NCBI GenBank assembly: GCA_963764165.1
Contig: CAVXRD010000003.1
Span: forward strand, 139,060 to 203,059
DNA: 64,000 nt
Direction: 5' to 3'
DNA from: an uncultured Verrucomicrobiae bacterium
Lineage (GTDB): Bacteria > Verrucomicrobiota > Verrucomicrobiia > Limisphaerales > Palsa-1400
Within the stretch, counting starts at the first letter, position 1. Every line of letters starts with the position of its first letter. Of the stretch, positions 27,466 through 37,004 are shown one piece after another. The translations under genes were made by a program, and so were the position numbers. The notes below the pieces were generated by a model, which saw only the letters and a program-made list of their open reading frames with translations, was not told where the DNA came from and searched no databases.

Positions 27466-30400
27466 ATGATCACTTGCGCCCAGAGCCGGCCCGGCGTCCT
27501 TCGCCGGGCCTTTATTCCGGCTGCCGCGCTTTGGCTGATGATTTTTTCGTGCCGGGGCGATATCATCTGGAGCGATCTGGGAGAGACCCTGGCCCACCAA
27601 ACCGGCGCGGGCGTGGATATTCTTGGCGGCGCCGTGAAGCGCGACGACTCCGCCTCGGATGCGCTTTACTTCAAATTTCATGTCAACCCTATTTCCGACG
27701 CCGGGACGGAACCGTATCTCGCCGCCTTCGAATTGTTCGAGGGCGATACGGAGCGGCTGGCGGTTGGCAATGCGCTCAACGCCTGGGCTTACGGCGCGTT
27801 CAACGTGGCGGAGGTCGGCAAAACGAACTTCAACGTATTCGAAACAGGCAAAACGAACAATGTGCCTGTCGATTACGGCATTGATCTGAATTCCTCGAAG
27901 CCCACCGCGGCCGGGCGCGGCGGATATTACGAATACGAATTGCCGCGGCAGGGCATCGTGCGGACGATCGTTTTTAAAGTGCAATTTGTTCCGGGCGGAA
28001 AAGATGAAATCACCGCATGGCTTGATCCTGATCTCGGTCCAGGCGCAACGGAATCCTCCCAGCCCACGAATCTCACCACGAAATTCGCGGCCAAGGCTTC
28101 GTTCAACCAAATCCGCCTCCGTCACGAGGGGCGCGGCGATGGCTGGATTTTCAGCGAAATGGCGATTGCAACCTCCTTCAGCGATTTTGTGCTCGATGGC
28201 TCAAGCCAGTCGACGGGAACGGGCGCCGCGATCCGGCGAAGCGAATTGCCGTTCTCATTCCGCGTGTGGCAGCGCGAACAGGGATTGCCGCAGAATTTTG
28301 TGCGCGCGCTTGCGCAAACCAAAGATGGTTATATGTGGATCGGCAGCGACGCAGGCGTCAGCCGGTTCGACGGGGTCAGGTTTGTTTCGTTTGGTTTGCC
28401 GGAAGGCTTTTTGGTGGGGCCGGCGCAGGTGCTGCTGGGCGATAAAGAGGGAGCGTTGTGGATTGGGAGCGCGGGGCGGGGCTTGGGCCGGTGGCAGAAC
28501 GGGCGCTTCACCCCCTTTACCACGCAAAACGGGCTTCCCTCAGATTCGGTAAACGCGCTGTCCGAAGACGATGAAGGCCGGATTTGGATTGGCACCGAGG
28601 GCGGGCTCGGATTCTGGCGAAATGGGCATTTGGAGAATTACAGCTCAATGAACGGGAAGTCCGTCGTCGCGCTCTGCCACGGTGACAAAGCGACGTGGAT
28701 CGGAGTCAAGGGCGAGGGTGTGTTCCGAATGCAGAACGGCACCGTCAAGAAATGGAGCGACGAATCGTTTCTGGACGATCCGCACTGCCTGCTGGTGGAT
28801 CGCGAGCATCGCCTTTGGGTCGGCGCGGGGCAGGATTCCATCTTCTACCAGGAGCTTTCGAAGTCAGATAATTCGTGGCGGCATTACCGGTTTCCCCGCC
28901 GTCTGGCGCGGCACTACATGAGCGCGCTGGCGGAGGATCCGGACGGCACGGTTTGGGCGGGCTCCGTCAGCGAGGGATTGTTTCAATTCAAGCACGGCAA
29001 ACTTGTCGCGGTCAATGCCACCAGCGGGCTTGCCGATAGTTTGGTCGAGGCGCTGCTGGTGGATCGTGAAGGGAAACTTTGGGTCGGGACGCACGGCGGG
29101 TTAAATCGCCTGCGCCCGAAAAATATTTCCGTCATCAGCTCCAGCGAGGGACTGGGAAAAGGGGCGGTGCAGGGATTGGCCGAAGTCGCGCCCGGTCTGA
29201 TTTGGGCCAGCAAGGCGAGCGAGGGGATTTTCGCCTGGGACGGGCGCTACTTCACCGCCGTGCAGGCCGATGGCCTTTCCCCGCAAGACGGTTCGGTGGG
29301 GCCGCTGCTGGCGGCCAAGGATGGCAGTTGCTGGGTGGCCGGACCACGTGGACTTCTCCAATTCACCCATCCGCGCGGCCTGGAAACCAACGCCGGCCTG
29401 CCTGCGCTGACAAATCTGGAAATCAGCGCTCTCGCCGAAGACGCCAAAGGCCGCATTTGGGCTGGCACACGCCAGGGCGAACTTTGGTGGAAGGACAACG
29501 ACCAATGGCATTCGCAGAAGAACGGCGCCCACAGCCACGCCATCACCGCCATCACTCCAGGATTCGGCGATGCTATTTGGGTGGGAACGGCGGGCGACGG
29601 ATTGTTCCGCACCTCGGAAAAAGCGGATGGCCGCTGGGAAAAATGCACAGGTCTTTTGAGCGAGTGGATCCGGACGCTGCTCGCCGATGCGCGCGGCAAT
29701 GTTTGGATTGGCACCGGCGGCGGCGGGTTGAGCCGATGGCGCTCCGATTCGCTCACGACCTTTACCATGCGCGAGGGCCTTCCCGACAATACTATTTCAC
29801 AAATTCTGGAGGATGGCAGCGGCAACCTGTGGCTTGGCGGAGACCGCGGAATTGTGCGCGTCAGCGAAAAGGAATTGGATGATGTGGCGTCGCATAAAAT
29901 TCAAGCCGGTTATCCCGAGGTCTACGGGCGCAACGAAGGAATGCTCTCAGAGGAGTGCATCAGCGGATTTTTCCCACTCGGGCTTAAGACCCGTTCTGGT
30001 TTGCTTTGGTTTCCCACGCAGGAGGGAGTTGCGGTGGCGGATCCCAACCATCTCGCGCCGCCGACGCCCCCGCCCGCCGTTGTCCTCGAGGAGATGCTGG
30101 TGGACGGCGTGCCGGTGACGGCGGATTCGCTGCACCTCGGCCCCGGCAAGCACCGCCTGGAATTTCGTTACACTGGTTTGGATTTCGATGCGCCGGAGCG
30201 GGTCCGTTTCCGCTATCGCCTGGAAGGCTTGGTGCCGGAATGGGTTGAAGCGGGATCAAGCCGCTCGGCGTCATTTCCCTATGTGCCTTACGGCAATTAT
30301 CGTTTTGAAGTGGTGGCGGGGAACGGGCAGGGGAACTGGACGGCCTCCGGCGCCGGTGTCGACGTCGTTGTGAAACCTTACCTTTGGCAGACGTGGTGGT

Positions 30401-31149
30401 TTCGCGTCCCCGCTGTTGTTGGTTTGATTGCGTTGATTGCCATCGCGGCGCGCGTCGCTGAAAAACGCAAACTCCAACGACGTGTCGACCAATTGGAAAA
30501 AGAGCGCGCGCTCGCCCGGGAACGCGAGCGCATCGCGCGGGATTTGCACGACGATCTTGGCTCGTCGCTGGCGCGGATTTCGCTATTGAGCGGCCTGCTC
30601 AAGGCGGATCGCGACAATTCCCAACAGATCGAGAGCCACGCCATCAAGATTTCCCAATCCGCCGACCAAACCGTGCGGGCGCTGGAGGAAATCGTTTGGG
30701 CTGTGCGCCCCGGCAGCGATACGCTGCAGAGCCTGGTGGAATATATGGCGCATTTTGCCAACGAACTTTTCGACGGAACGGGAATTCACTGCCGCCTGGA
30801 TCTGCCATTGGATTTGCCCGCGCGCCCGCTGCCGCCAGATGTTCGCCATAACGTTTTCCTGGTTGTCAAGGAAGCCTTGACCAACGCTGTCAAACATGCC
30901 GGAGCGAAGGAAGTTTTCGTGCAGGCGCGCGCCACGGAAGATTCGCTGGAACTGCTGGTGCAGGATGACGGCAAGGGATTCAATCCGGCAACTGCAAGGC
31001 GGGGCCAGGGCTTGGAAAACATGCGCCGCCGCGCCCAGGCGAACGGGGAGCAGGTGGATATTCAAACGGCCCCGGGCAAGGGCACGACCGTCCGCATAAA
31101 ACTGCATTTTGCGCCCCTCCACTCCAATGGCCGGGCGGTGGTGGCATAG
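27466..31149 (+). CDS. Sensor histidine kinase: extra N-terminal domain, two-component-regulator propellers, Y_Y_Y, TM, HisKA_3, HATPase
   Basis: Repeated GLP.N.V.AL.ED..G.LWIGT blades; RFRYRLEG; ERERIARDLHDDLGSSL; KEALTNAVKHA; DDGKGF. Likely start MITCAQ at 27466. Confidence 0.92.
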   Translation: MITCAQSRPGVLRRAFIPAAALWLMIFSCRGDIIWSDLGETLAHQTGAGVDILGGAVKRDDSASDALYFKFHVNPISDAGTEPYLAAFELFEGDTERLAVGNALNAWAYGAFNVAEVGKTNFNVFETGKTNNVPVDYGIDLNSSKPTAAGRGGYYEYELPRQGIVRTIVFKVQFVPGGKDEITAWLDPDLGPGATESSQPTNLTTKFAAKASFNQIRLRHEGRGDGWIFSEMAIATSFSDFVLDGSSQSTGTGAAIRRSELPFSFRVWQREQGLPQNFVRALAQTKDGYMWIGSDAGVSRFDGVRFVSFGLPEGFLVGPAQVLLGDKEGALWIGSAGRGLGRWQNGRFTPFTTQNGLPSDSVNALSEDDEGRIWIGTEGGLGFWRNGHLENYSSMNGKSVVALCHGDKATWIGVKGEGVFRMQNGTVKKWSDESFLDDPHCLLVDREHRLWVGAGQDSIFYQELSKSDNSWRHYRFPRRLARHYMSALAEDPDGTVWAGSVSEGLFQFKHGKLVAVNATSGLADSLVEALLVDREGKLWVGTHGGLNRLRPKNISVISSSEGLGKGAVQGLAEVAPGLIWASKASEGIFAWDGRYFTAVQADGLSPQDGSVGPLLAAKDGSCWVAGPRGLLQFTHPRGLETNAGLPALTNLEISALAEDAKGRIWAGTRQGELWWKDNDQWHSQKNGAHSHAITAITPGFGDAIWVGTAGDGLFRTSEKADGRWEKCTGLLSEWIRTLLADARGNVWIGTGGGGLSRWRSDSLTTFTMREGLPDNTISQILEDGSGNLWLGGDRGIVRVSEKELDDVASHKIQAGYPEVYGRNEGMLSEECISGFFPLGLKTRSGLLWFPTQEGVAVADPNHLAPPTPPPAVVLEEMLVDGVPVTADSLHLGPGKHRLEFRYTGLDFDAPERVRFRYRLEGLVPEWVEAGSSRSASFPYVPYGNYRFEVVAGNGQGNWTASGAGVDVVVKPYLWQTWWFRVPAVVGLIALIAIAARVAEKRKLQRRVDQLEKERALARERERIARDLHDDLGSSLARISLLSGLLKADRDNSQQIESHAIKISQSADQTVRALEEIVWAVRPGSDTLQSLVEYMAHFANELFDGTGIHCRLDLPLDLPARPLPPDVRHNVFLVVKEALTNAVKHAGAKEVFVQARATEDSLELLVQDDGKGFNPATARRGQGLENMRRRAQANGEQVDIQTAPGKGTTVRIKLHFAPLHSNGRAVVA

Positions 31150-31162
31150 GACAAGATTTGTT

Positions 31163-31801
31163 ATGGCAGAAAAAACTCCCATTCGCGTGGCTATTGTTGA
31201 CGACGACGAAGGCATTCGCGCCAGCCTCGCGACCTTAATCCGGCGCTCGCCGGACTTGAGCATGTCGGGCGATTATCCCGACGCCGAGACCGCGCTGAAG
31301 GAAATTCCCAAGCGCCCGCCGGATGTCGTGCTGATGGACATTAATTTGCCGGGCATCAAAGGCGTGGAGTGCGTGCAGCAGCTCAAATCAGCCCTTCCTC
31401 AGGTGCAATTCCTGATGCTGACGGTATACGAGGACAGCGATTCGCTTTTTAATTCCCTGAAAGCGGGCGCGAGCGGTTACTTGCTCAAGCGCACGGCTTC
31501 GGCGCGGCTTTTGGAAGCGATCCATGACGTTCATGCCGGCGGTTCGCCCATGACTCCGCAATTGGCGCGCCGCGTCGTGCAATTCTTCGCCAAGCCGGCG
31601 GGCAATGTCTCGCCCGTCTCGCGCCTCGCGCCGGGGGAGAAGGAGTTCTTGGATTTATTGGCGAAAGGCTACGCCTACAAGGAAATCGCCGATAGAATGA
31701 CGATTAGCATCGATACCGTGAGAAGCTATGTTCGCACGGTATATGAGAAGCTTCATGTCCACTCGCGGACGGAGGCGGTGGTGAAGTATTTGAAAGGCTG
31801 A
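31163..31801 (+). CDS. NarL/LuxR-family response regulator
   Basis: VAIVDDD, DVVLMDINLPG, GASGYLLK, and HTH YKEIADRM..DTVRSYVRTVYEKLHV. Confidence 0.93.
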   Translation: MAEKTPIRVAIVDDDEGIRASLATLIRRSPDLSMSGDYPDAETALKEIPKRPPDVVLMDINLPGIKGVECVQQLKSALPQVQFLMLTVYEDSDSLFNSLKAGASGYLLKRTASARLLEAIHDVHAGGSPMTPQLARRVVQFFAKPAGNVSPVSRLAPGEKEFLDLLAKGYAYKEIADRMTISIDTVRSYVRTVYEKLHVHSRTEAVVKYLKG

Positions 31802-31812
31802 CGAACGCCGTT

Positions 31813-32664
31813 TCAGTAAGGCGTCCGCTGGGCGAGCCAAGCCAGGTCCACCGAGGGGTTCCCGGTAATATCAACCTGCTCGGCATGGTACTCATACATG
31901 ACAGGGTAGGTAGACCTCGAATCCCTCCATTTGTGGATCTCAGCGTGGCCGTCCGCAAAGCTGATGCCGACAGAATTGTTATGCATGCCTCCGGGCAGTT
32001 CCAGAAATTCGCCAAGGCCATTGGTCTCGCTTGGGTTTACATACAGAATGGAGTCATCCATCCAGTCAGGATGCTCATCCATGGTCAGCCAGCTCATGGA
32101 GGGGCCGGGATTCCGAAAGTCGCTCATTTTCAGAATGGCATTGGTCAATGGCCAGCCCGGATTATACTTTTGCCCGCCCCCAATGTTGCCGTCCATCGTT
32201 ACGCTGCGGCACCGGTTAGCCCAGCCCATCGCCCGTTGTGGCGAGCTAGAGTATGTATCGGCCGGGCAGGAAAAGATGAAATAGTTCTTTCCAATGTAAG
32301 ACCCGAGCAATGAAGCAAGCGGGCTTGTCAAATACTGGAAATTCGTGTTCACCGACGACGAAGTCCAATCCAGCCAGCCTTCGCACCAAGCCGGCGTTCC
32401 GGGCGGAGTGGAAGAGGGCATGTATGTGCCAAAGTCATGATAGTCGAAATTGAGCGGCAACACATCTCTGCTGTCACCGGCGTACATCACCCAGGCGAGC
32501 TGCATTTGCTTCTCGTTGCTCATGCACTTGGTCGACATGGCCTCACTGCGCGCCTTGGACAAGGCCGGGAGAAGCAATGCGGCAAGGATTGCAATAATGG
32601 CAATCACGACCAGCAGCTCAATCAGGGTGAATCCGTTTTTTTTCGGTGCTTTGGATGTGTTCAT
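31813..32664 (-). CDS. Prepilin-type N-methylation domain protein, DUF1559/H-X9-DG type
   Basis: [28 protein letters not shown]; C-terminal [13 protein letters not shown]. Confidence 0.92.
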   Translation of the reverse strand: MNTSKAPKKNGFTLIELLVVIAIIAILAALLLPALSKARSEAMSTKCMSNEKQMQLAWVMYAGDSRDVLPLNFDYHDFGTYMPSSTPPGTPAWCEGWLDWTSSSVNTNFQYLTSPLASLLGSYIGKNYFIFSCPADTYSSSPQRAMGWANRCRSVTMDGNIGGGQKYNPGWPLTNAILKMSDFRNPGPSMSWLTMDEHPDWMDDSILYVNPSETNGLGEFLELPGGMHNNSVGISFADGHAEIHKWRDSRSTYPVMYEYHAEQVDITGNPSVDLAWLAQRTPY

Positions 32665-32675
32665 ACTTAGTCGTT

Positions 32676-32715
32676 GGCGCCCCGCCCGGCGCCAATGGCA
32701 TCCGGGCGGGGCGCC
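32676..32715. promoter_or_regulatory. Strong intergenic hairpin (terminator or mRNA stabiliser)
   Basis: GGCGCCCCGCCCGG-N12-CCGGGCGGGGCGCC between two co-directional genes; no U-tract. Confidence 0.55.
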
Positions 32716-32724
32716 TCTATGATT

Positions 32725-34518
32725 CTAATTCGGTCCAACCAGCCGGTAGAAGACGCTGCCGGAGCCGACGCTGAAGTTCGTCGTGGCGATTCCGCCCGGG
32801 GCAACGATGAGGTTGGTGCCGTCCGTCAGCGGCTGGGGCGTCCAAGGCCCGGCCAGGCTGCTGGCCGACTGCACCTGCACGCCGCGGCGGCCAAGCCACG
32901 ATAGGGAAACCTGGGTTCCGTTGGTGCGCGCGATGGTGAGATTGCCCGCCGGAAGTTCCGTCTGCAAGCTTGCTCCCTGGCTGCCAAATGTATCCACCGG
33001 CATCGTGTAATTGGGGAGGCTGCGAATCCAACGGGAATGGTTGTCGCCAAACCCGGCTTCATTGTCGAAACCATTGATGCTGTATTTGTAAGTTAGCTCG
33101 TCGTTCTGGCCCTCGTTCACGGGAACGGTTGCGGTGAACAAGGTGGTGTTGGGAATCTGGGTCATGGCTGTTCCGGCGTTGCCCGGGAACGGCGGTTGAG
33201 CCCACGTGGCAAAACTATTATTGACCCCGTTGTTAAGGCCGTTGATATAAATGGTGTCGCTCGAGGGATACGCGTTATCGAACACCGTTCCATCGGTGCC
33301 CACCGCGTTGGTCATTTGAACGGTAAACGTGACCATGCAATTCGTGACCGTGACGAAGTCGATCAAAGCGCTCGGCGGCTCGTCGCTGAAGTAGACGGGG
33401 CCGTTTGTGACGTAAACCACGCCGCCAACAAGGTCGCCGGTTTTTTGGATCACAAGGGTGCGGTTTCCGCCGCCGGCGATGTTTTCCCATTGCGTGCCGG
33501 GCTGAATCACGTACTTGAAGTAATGATCGGCTCCCGGCGCGTCAACGTAGGTGATTTGCGTGGAATAAATGTTGGGTGTCGCGCTGGAAGGATTGTTTGT
33601 CATCGTCGTTCCGCCGCCCCAGGCATTGTAATCTCCGTGAATTTCAACCGTGTTTCCATTGGTGAAGTTTCCCGCCTCAATCTGAGTGGTCATGTCAATT
33701 TGGAACGTGACGGCGTTCGTCGCAGTCAAACTGGAGAATGGCGTGTCGCTGTAATTCACCAAAGGCAATACTTGGGTGACGTTGAGGAAGGCGCGATTTT
33801 GGCCGGCATCGGGATCGCCCGAGGTGGGCTGTTCGTATTGATCCGAGCCATTGTTATAGACGAATTTGTATTCCGCGGCCGCTCCGGGCGACGCGGACCA
33901 CGTTGTGTATGTGCCTTGGTAGGGAAGCGAGGAGATCTGGCCCTGGCCATTGGTGACGTTTAGCGCCGGATTGTTTGTCAACTGAAATTCATCATTCCAG
34001 CCTTCGAACGACCCTTGGCAATAAACAGGGTCGCTCACGTTGAAATTGCCCAGGTTGAGCTGCTCGGCCATGTCGACCTGGAAGGTGATGCTGTTTGTCA
34101 CCGGCGTGCCGTCGTCGTCCCAAAATTGAACGGGCAGCACAAGTGTCCCACCGTTGGCGGGCAGGGTGACGCAGTAATTATCATTGTCGTCCTGGCTGCT
34201 GTAGGAAGCGACGCTGCTGCCCGAGACGATGCGATACTGCCAGTCCATCCCCTTGCCGTTGGCATCGGATGTGTCCACGTAGGTTCCAGTATAAAGATTT
34301 GGATTGGCGGCGTTGGGGTTGTTGGTCAGAATGGAGCCAAGATTGGCCCATCCGTCAAACGTGCCGCTGGCCACCACGGTTTGACCGGCGGTAAGCGGGT
34401 TGTTGCTCAAGTCTACTTGAAACGTCACCGTCGTTTGGGCCGAAGCGGCCAATGCGCAGAGGATCGCGCCCGCCCATAGGGCACGGCAGGCGGATTTGGC
34501 GGAGAATGATGGATTCAT
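32725..34518 (-). CDS. Secreted protein with four tandem CBM20/CBM48-like beta-sandwich repeats and a conserved C-terminal domain
   Basis: Repeats start VTFQVDL, ITFQVDM, VTFQIDM and VTFTVQM, and contain G.F.GW-like and YK(F/Y) motifs. No catalytic domain recognised. Confidence 0.7.
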   Translation of the reverse strand: MNPSFSAKSACRALWAGAILCALAASAQTTVTFQVDLSNNPLTAGQTVVASGTFDGWANLGSILTNNPNAANPNLYTGTYVDTSDANGKGMDWQYRIVSGSSVASYSSQDDNDNYCVTLPANGGTLVLPVQFWDDDGTPVTNSITFQVDMAEQLNLGNFNVSDPVYCQGSFEGWNDEFQLTNNPALNVTNGQGQISSLPYQGTYTTWSASPGAAAEYKFVYNNGSDQYEQPTSGDPDAGQNRAFLNVTQVLPLVNYSDTPFSSLTATNAVTFQIDMTTQIEAGNFTNGNTVEIHGDYNAWGGGTTMTNNPSSATPNIYSTQITYVDAPGADHYFKYVIQPGTQWENIAGGGNRTLVIQKTGDLVGGVVYVTNGPVYFSDEPPSALIDFVTVTNCMVTFTVQMTNAVGTDGTVFDNAYPSSDTIYINGLNNGVNNSFATWAQPPFPGNAGTAMTQIPNTTLFTATVPVNEGQNDELTYKYSINGFDNEAGFGDNHSRWIRSLPNYTMPVDTFGSQGASLQTELPAGNLTIARTNGTQVSLSWLGRRGVQVQSASSLAGPWTPQPLTDGTNLIVAPGGIATTNFSVGSGSVFYRLVGPN

Positions 34519-34676
34519 AGTGTATTATGTATAAAGACTTCTTGGGTCAGCATCGAATCTACCAAGTCCGCGGGTTCGCCTCTACCGCACATTTGTGCGG
34601 TCTTGGTTGGGGTGCGCAGAAGTGTGGCTAATGATTGTTTTGACAGTGGCCGGCCCCGATTTTGCAATGCCATTTC

Positions 34677-36935
34677 TCACGGGCGCGATTGGGATTGTTT
34701 GGCCGCCGCGAGGTAGGCGCCGGCGGATTTGTTGGATGGATCGAGCCTCAGCGTCTCCGCGAATTGCCGTTCGGCGCCGGCGTTATCCTTGAGCTTGAGC
34801 AGGGCGACGCCAAGATTGAGGTGGCCCATGGCGAATTCAGGCCGGAGACGGATGACGTTTTCGAACTCCGCCTTTGCCTCGGAAATTTGGCCCGCCATGC
34901 CGAGCTCGCCTCCAAGGTCGTAGTGCGCTTCCCAATCGGCAGCGTCCAGTTCCACCGCACGCCGGAAGCTGCGCAAGGCCTCGCTGGGGCGCTTCATCAG
35001 CGACAAAGCCTTGCCTTCGTAAACATACGTTTGCGCGTCGTTCGGCTGGAGCGCGGCGGCGCGCTGGTAATTGGTCATGGCATTGGCCAGTTTCCCCTCG
35101 TAGGCATCGAGTTTTCCAAGCTCGCGCCAGGCTTCGGCGTAACGTGGATGAAGTTTCACCGCGGCTTGAAACGCTTCCCGCGCCGGCTCGGCGGCGCCTT
35201 GTTTTTCCAGCAATTGCCCTTCGACGAGGCACGCGTAGGGATTTCGAGGCATCAATTCACGAGCCTGTTTCCATTCAAGCGCCGCCAGTTTGACATCGCC
35301 GACCAAATCGAGAAACTCGCCGTAATTCTGGTGCAATTCGTAATCGCGCGGACTTCGCGCAATGGCGTCGAGGTAAAGCGCGCGGGCGTTCGCGGCGGCG
35401 TCGGTGTCGCCCGCGTGCATCAGGGAATTGATGCGGCTGTTCAAATCCGCGATGCGCTGGGCGTTGTTAAATTGCGAATTGAGCGGGGATCGTTCCATCC
35501 GCTGGCGGACGGCGTTGTAAACGTCGCGCCGATTCCAATCGGTCAAGCCAAGGCGCTTTTCGCATGTTTGCTGCGAAGCCCAGGCGCTGGCCTCCTTGCT
35601 TTTGATGGCGTCTGGAAAAAACCGCGCGGCCTGGCCAGCCCAGAGCAGCGCGAGCTTGTAATTCCCGTCGAAATTGAAATGGACGTGCTCGTAAAACGTT
35701 TCGCGGCCGGGAATGGCGCCCGGCTGCGGCAGAGAGCTGGCCGCATCGCACAAGACCAATCCGGCATCGGCCATTTCGCGCGAGGCTTGGCGAATAATGC
35801 CGTTAATGCGGGAATCCGCCCGGAAGGGCAGAGCGTCGTCATCGCAGGCGTTTTGGAGATGCTCTGCTGCTTCTGTATCCTTGTGAATTTGCAGGAGGCA
35901 CTGGCCTTGGCCGAACTGCGCGTCGGCCCATTTCGGGTCAAGCTGCGCGGCGGCGGCGAACGCGGTGGCCGCTTGCGTCCAATCATCTTTCGACGCCGCC
36001 GCCCGACCCTCCGCGCAAAGACGTTCGCATTTTTCCCGGCTCGCAGGATCGATATTTTGCGCATGCATGGAGGCGAACGGCGGGCAATCCTTTAAGTTGA
36101 CAGAAACGGTGTTGAGGAGCACGAAGGCTCCGCTTTTCCGGCCTGCGCGGACGATGTCCGCGAGATTGCGCTGGAAGTTTTTATAGACGACTTCTTTGCG
36201 CGCGTCATCGGGGGCGAGTTCGTTGCCCAGGAACATTTGCAATCCGCCCCAAACCGCGGGGGCGGACGAGTGGCCCATCCATTTGCGCGTGACGCTCATC
36301 AACCATTGGCCGACGCGCGTCTTTTGAATCGCCAGGCCGAGGCGGACGGCGGGCCAAGGCGGGGCCTTGGCGCCGAAAACAGTCGCCGCGCCAAACGGCC
36401 CGATCATTTCGTTGTTTCCCATGTAAACGATCCAGAGATCGCCCTTGTATTCAGCGCATTCGCGGGCAATCGGCAGAATGACATGGGAATTGATCGCGGT
36501 GATGGCGACATTGACCACCTCAAAATTCACGCCCGGGTAGCGCTCCCGGAGAAGCGCCTGCAAATACCGCCCCGCCCCGAAAGCCGGCTCCGGATCGCCT
36601 TGCGCGGCGGATTCCCCGAAAATAAAAATGCGGTAAGTCCCGGCGTCTTTTTTGGCTTCGACCATCAACGGACTCAGCCAGCGCGAAAGCTCCGGTGGAA
36701 AGAAGCGCAAACTGAAGCTCTCTTGATTCAGCAGATAATCCTTGCCGCCCAGCCGCGCCTTTTCAAACAGGCAGGTATCGAATCCGTATCCCGCGATCCG
36801 CAGCCCAGCCTCAAGCGAGCCAAACACGATCAAAGGAACAACCAGCAACGCGAGCAGGCGAAAGAGCCACTTGAAGCGCGGCGGCGCTGCCGACGCCGGG
36901 GGGCCAGTTCGTTTCTTATTCGACCGCGGGTTCAA
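34677..36935 (-). CDS. Membrane-anchored SGNH/GDSL-like domain plus TPR repeats
   Basis: N-terminal TM; IFIFGESAAQG, VVNVAITAINS, YMGNNE, FYEHVHFNFDGN; multiple TPRs. Confidence 0.78.
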   Translation of the reverse strand: MNPRSNKKRTGPPASAAPPRFKWLFRLLALLVVPLIVFGSLEAGLRIAGYGFDTCLFEKARLGGKDYLLNQESFSLRFFPPELSRWLSPLMVEAKKDAGTYRIFIFGESAAQGDPEPAFGAGRYLQALLRERYPGVNFEVVNVAITAINSHVILPIARECAEYKGDLWIVYMGNNEMIGPFGAATVFGAKAPPWPAVRLGLAIQKTRVGQWLMSVTRKWMGHSSAPAVWGGLQMFLGNELAPDDARKEVVYKNFQRNLADIVRAGRKSGAFVLLNTVSVNLKDCPPFASMHAQNIDPASREKCERLCAEGRAAASKDDWTQAATAFAAAAQLDPKWADAQFGQGQCLLQIHKDTEAAEHLQNACDDDALPFRADSRINGIIRQASREMADAGLVLCDAASSLPQPGAIPGRETFYEHVHFNFDGNYKLALLWAGQAARFFPDAIKSKEASAWASQQTCEKRLGLTDWNRRDVYNAVRQRMERSPLNSQFNNAQRIADLNSRINSLMHAGDTDAAANARALYLDAIARSPRDYELHQNYGEFLDLVGDVKLAALEWKQARELMPRNPYACLVEGQLLEKQGAAEPAREAFQAAVKLHPRYAEAWRELGKLDAYEGKLANAMTNYQRAAALQPNDAQTYVYEGKALSLMKRPSEALRSFRRAVELDAADWEAHYDLGGELGMAGQISEAKAEFENVIRLRPEFAMGHLNLGVALLKLKDNAGAERQFAETLRLDPSNKSAGAYLAAAKQSQSRP

Positions 36936-37004
36936 TGCTCATTAAGAGGCATGAAAATGGCTGCCTTCGCAACCACATAAACATGCGGAGCGTGAAGCTC
37001 TTTT

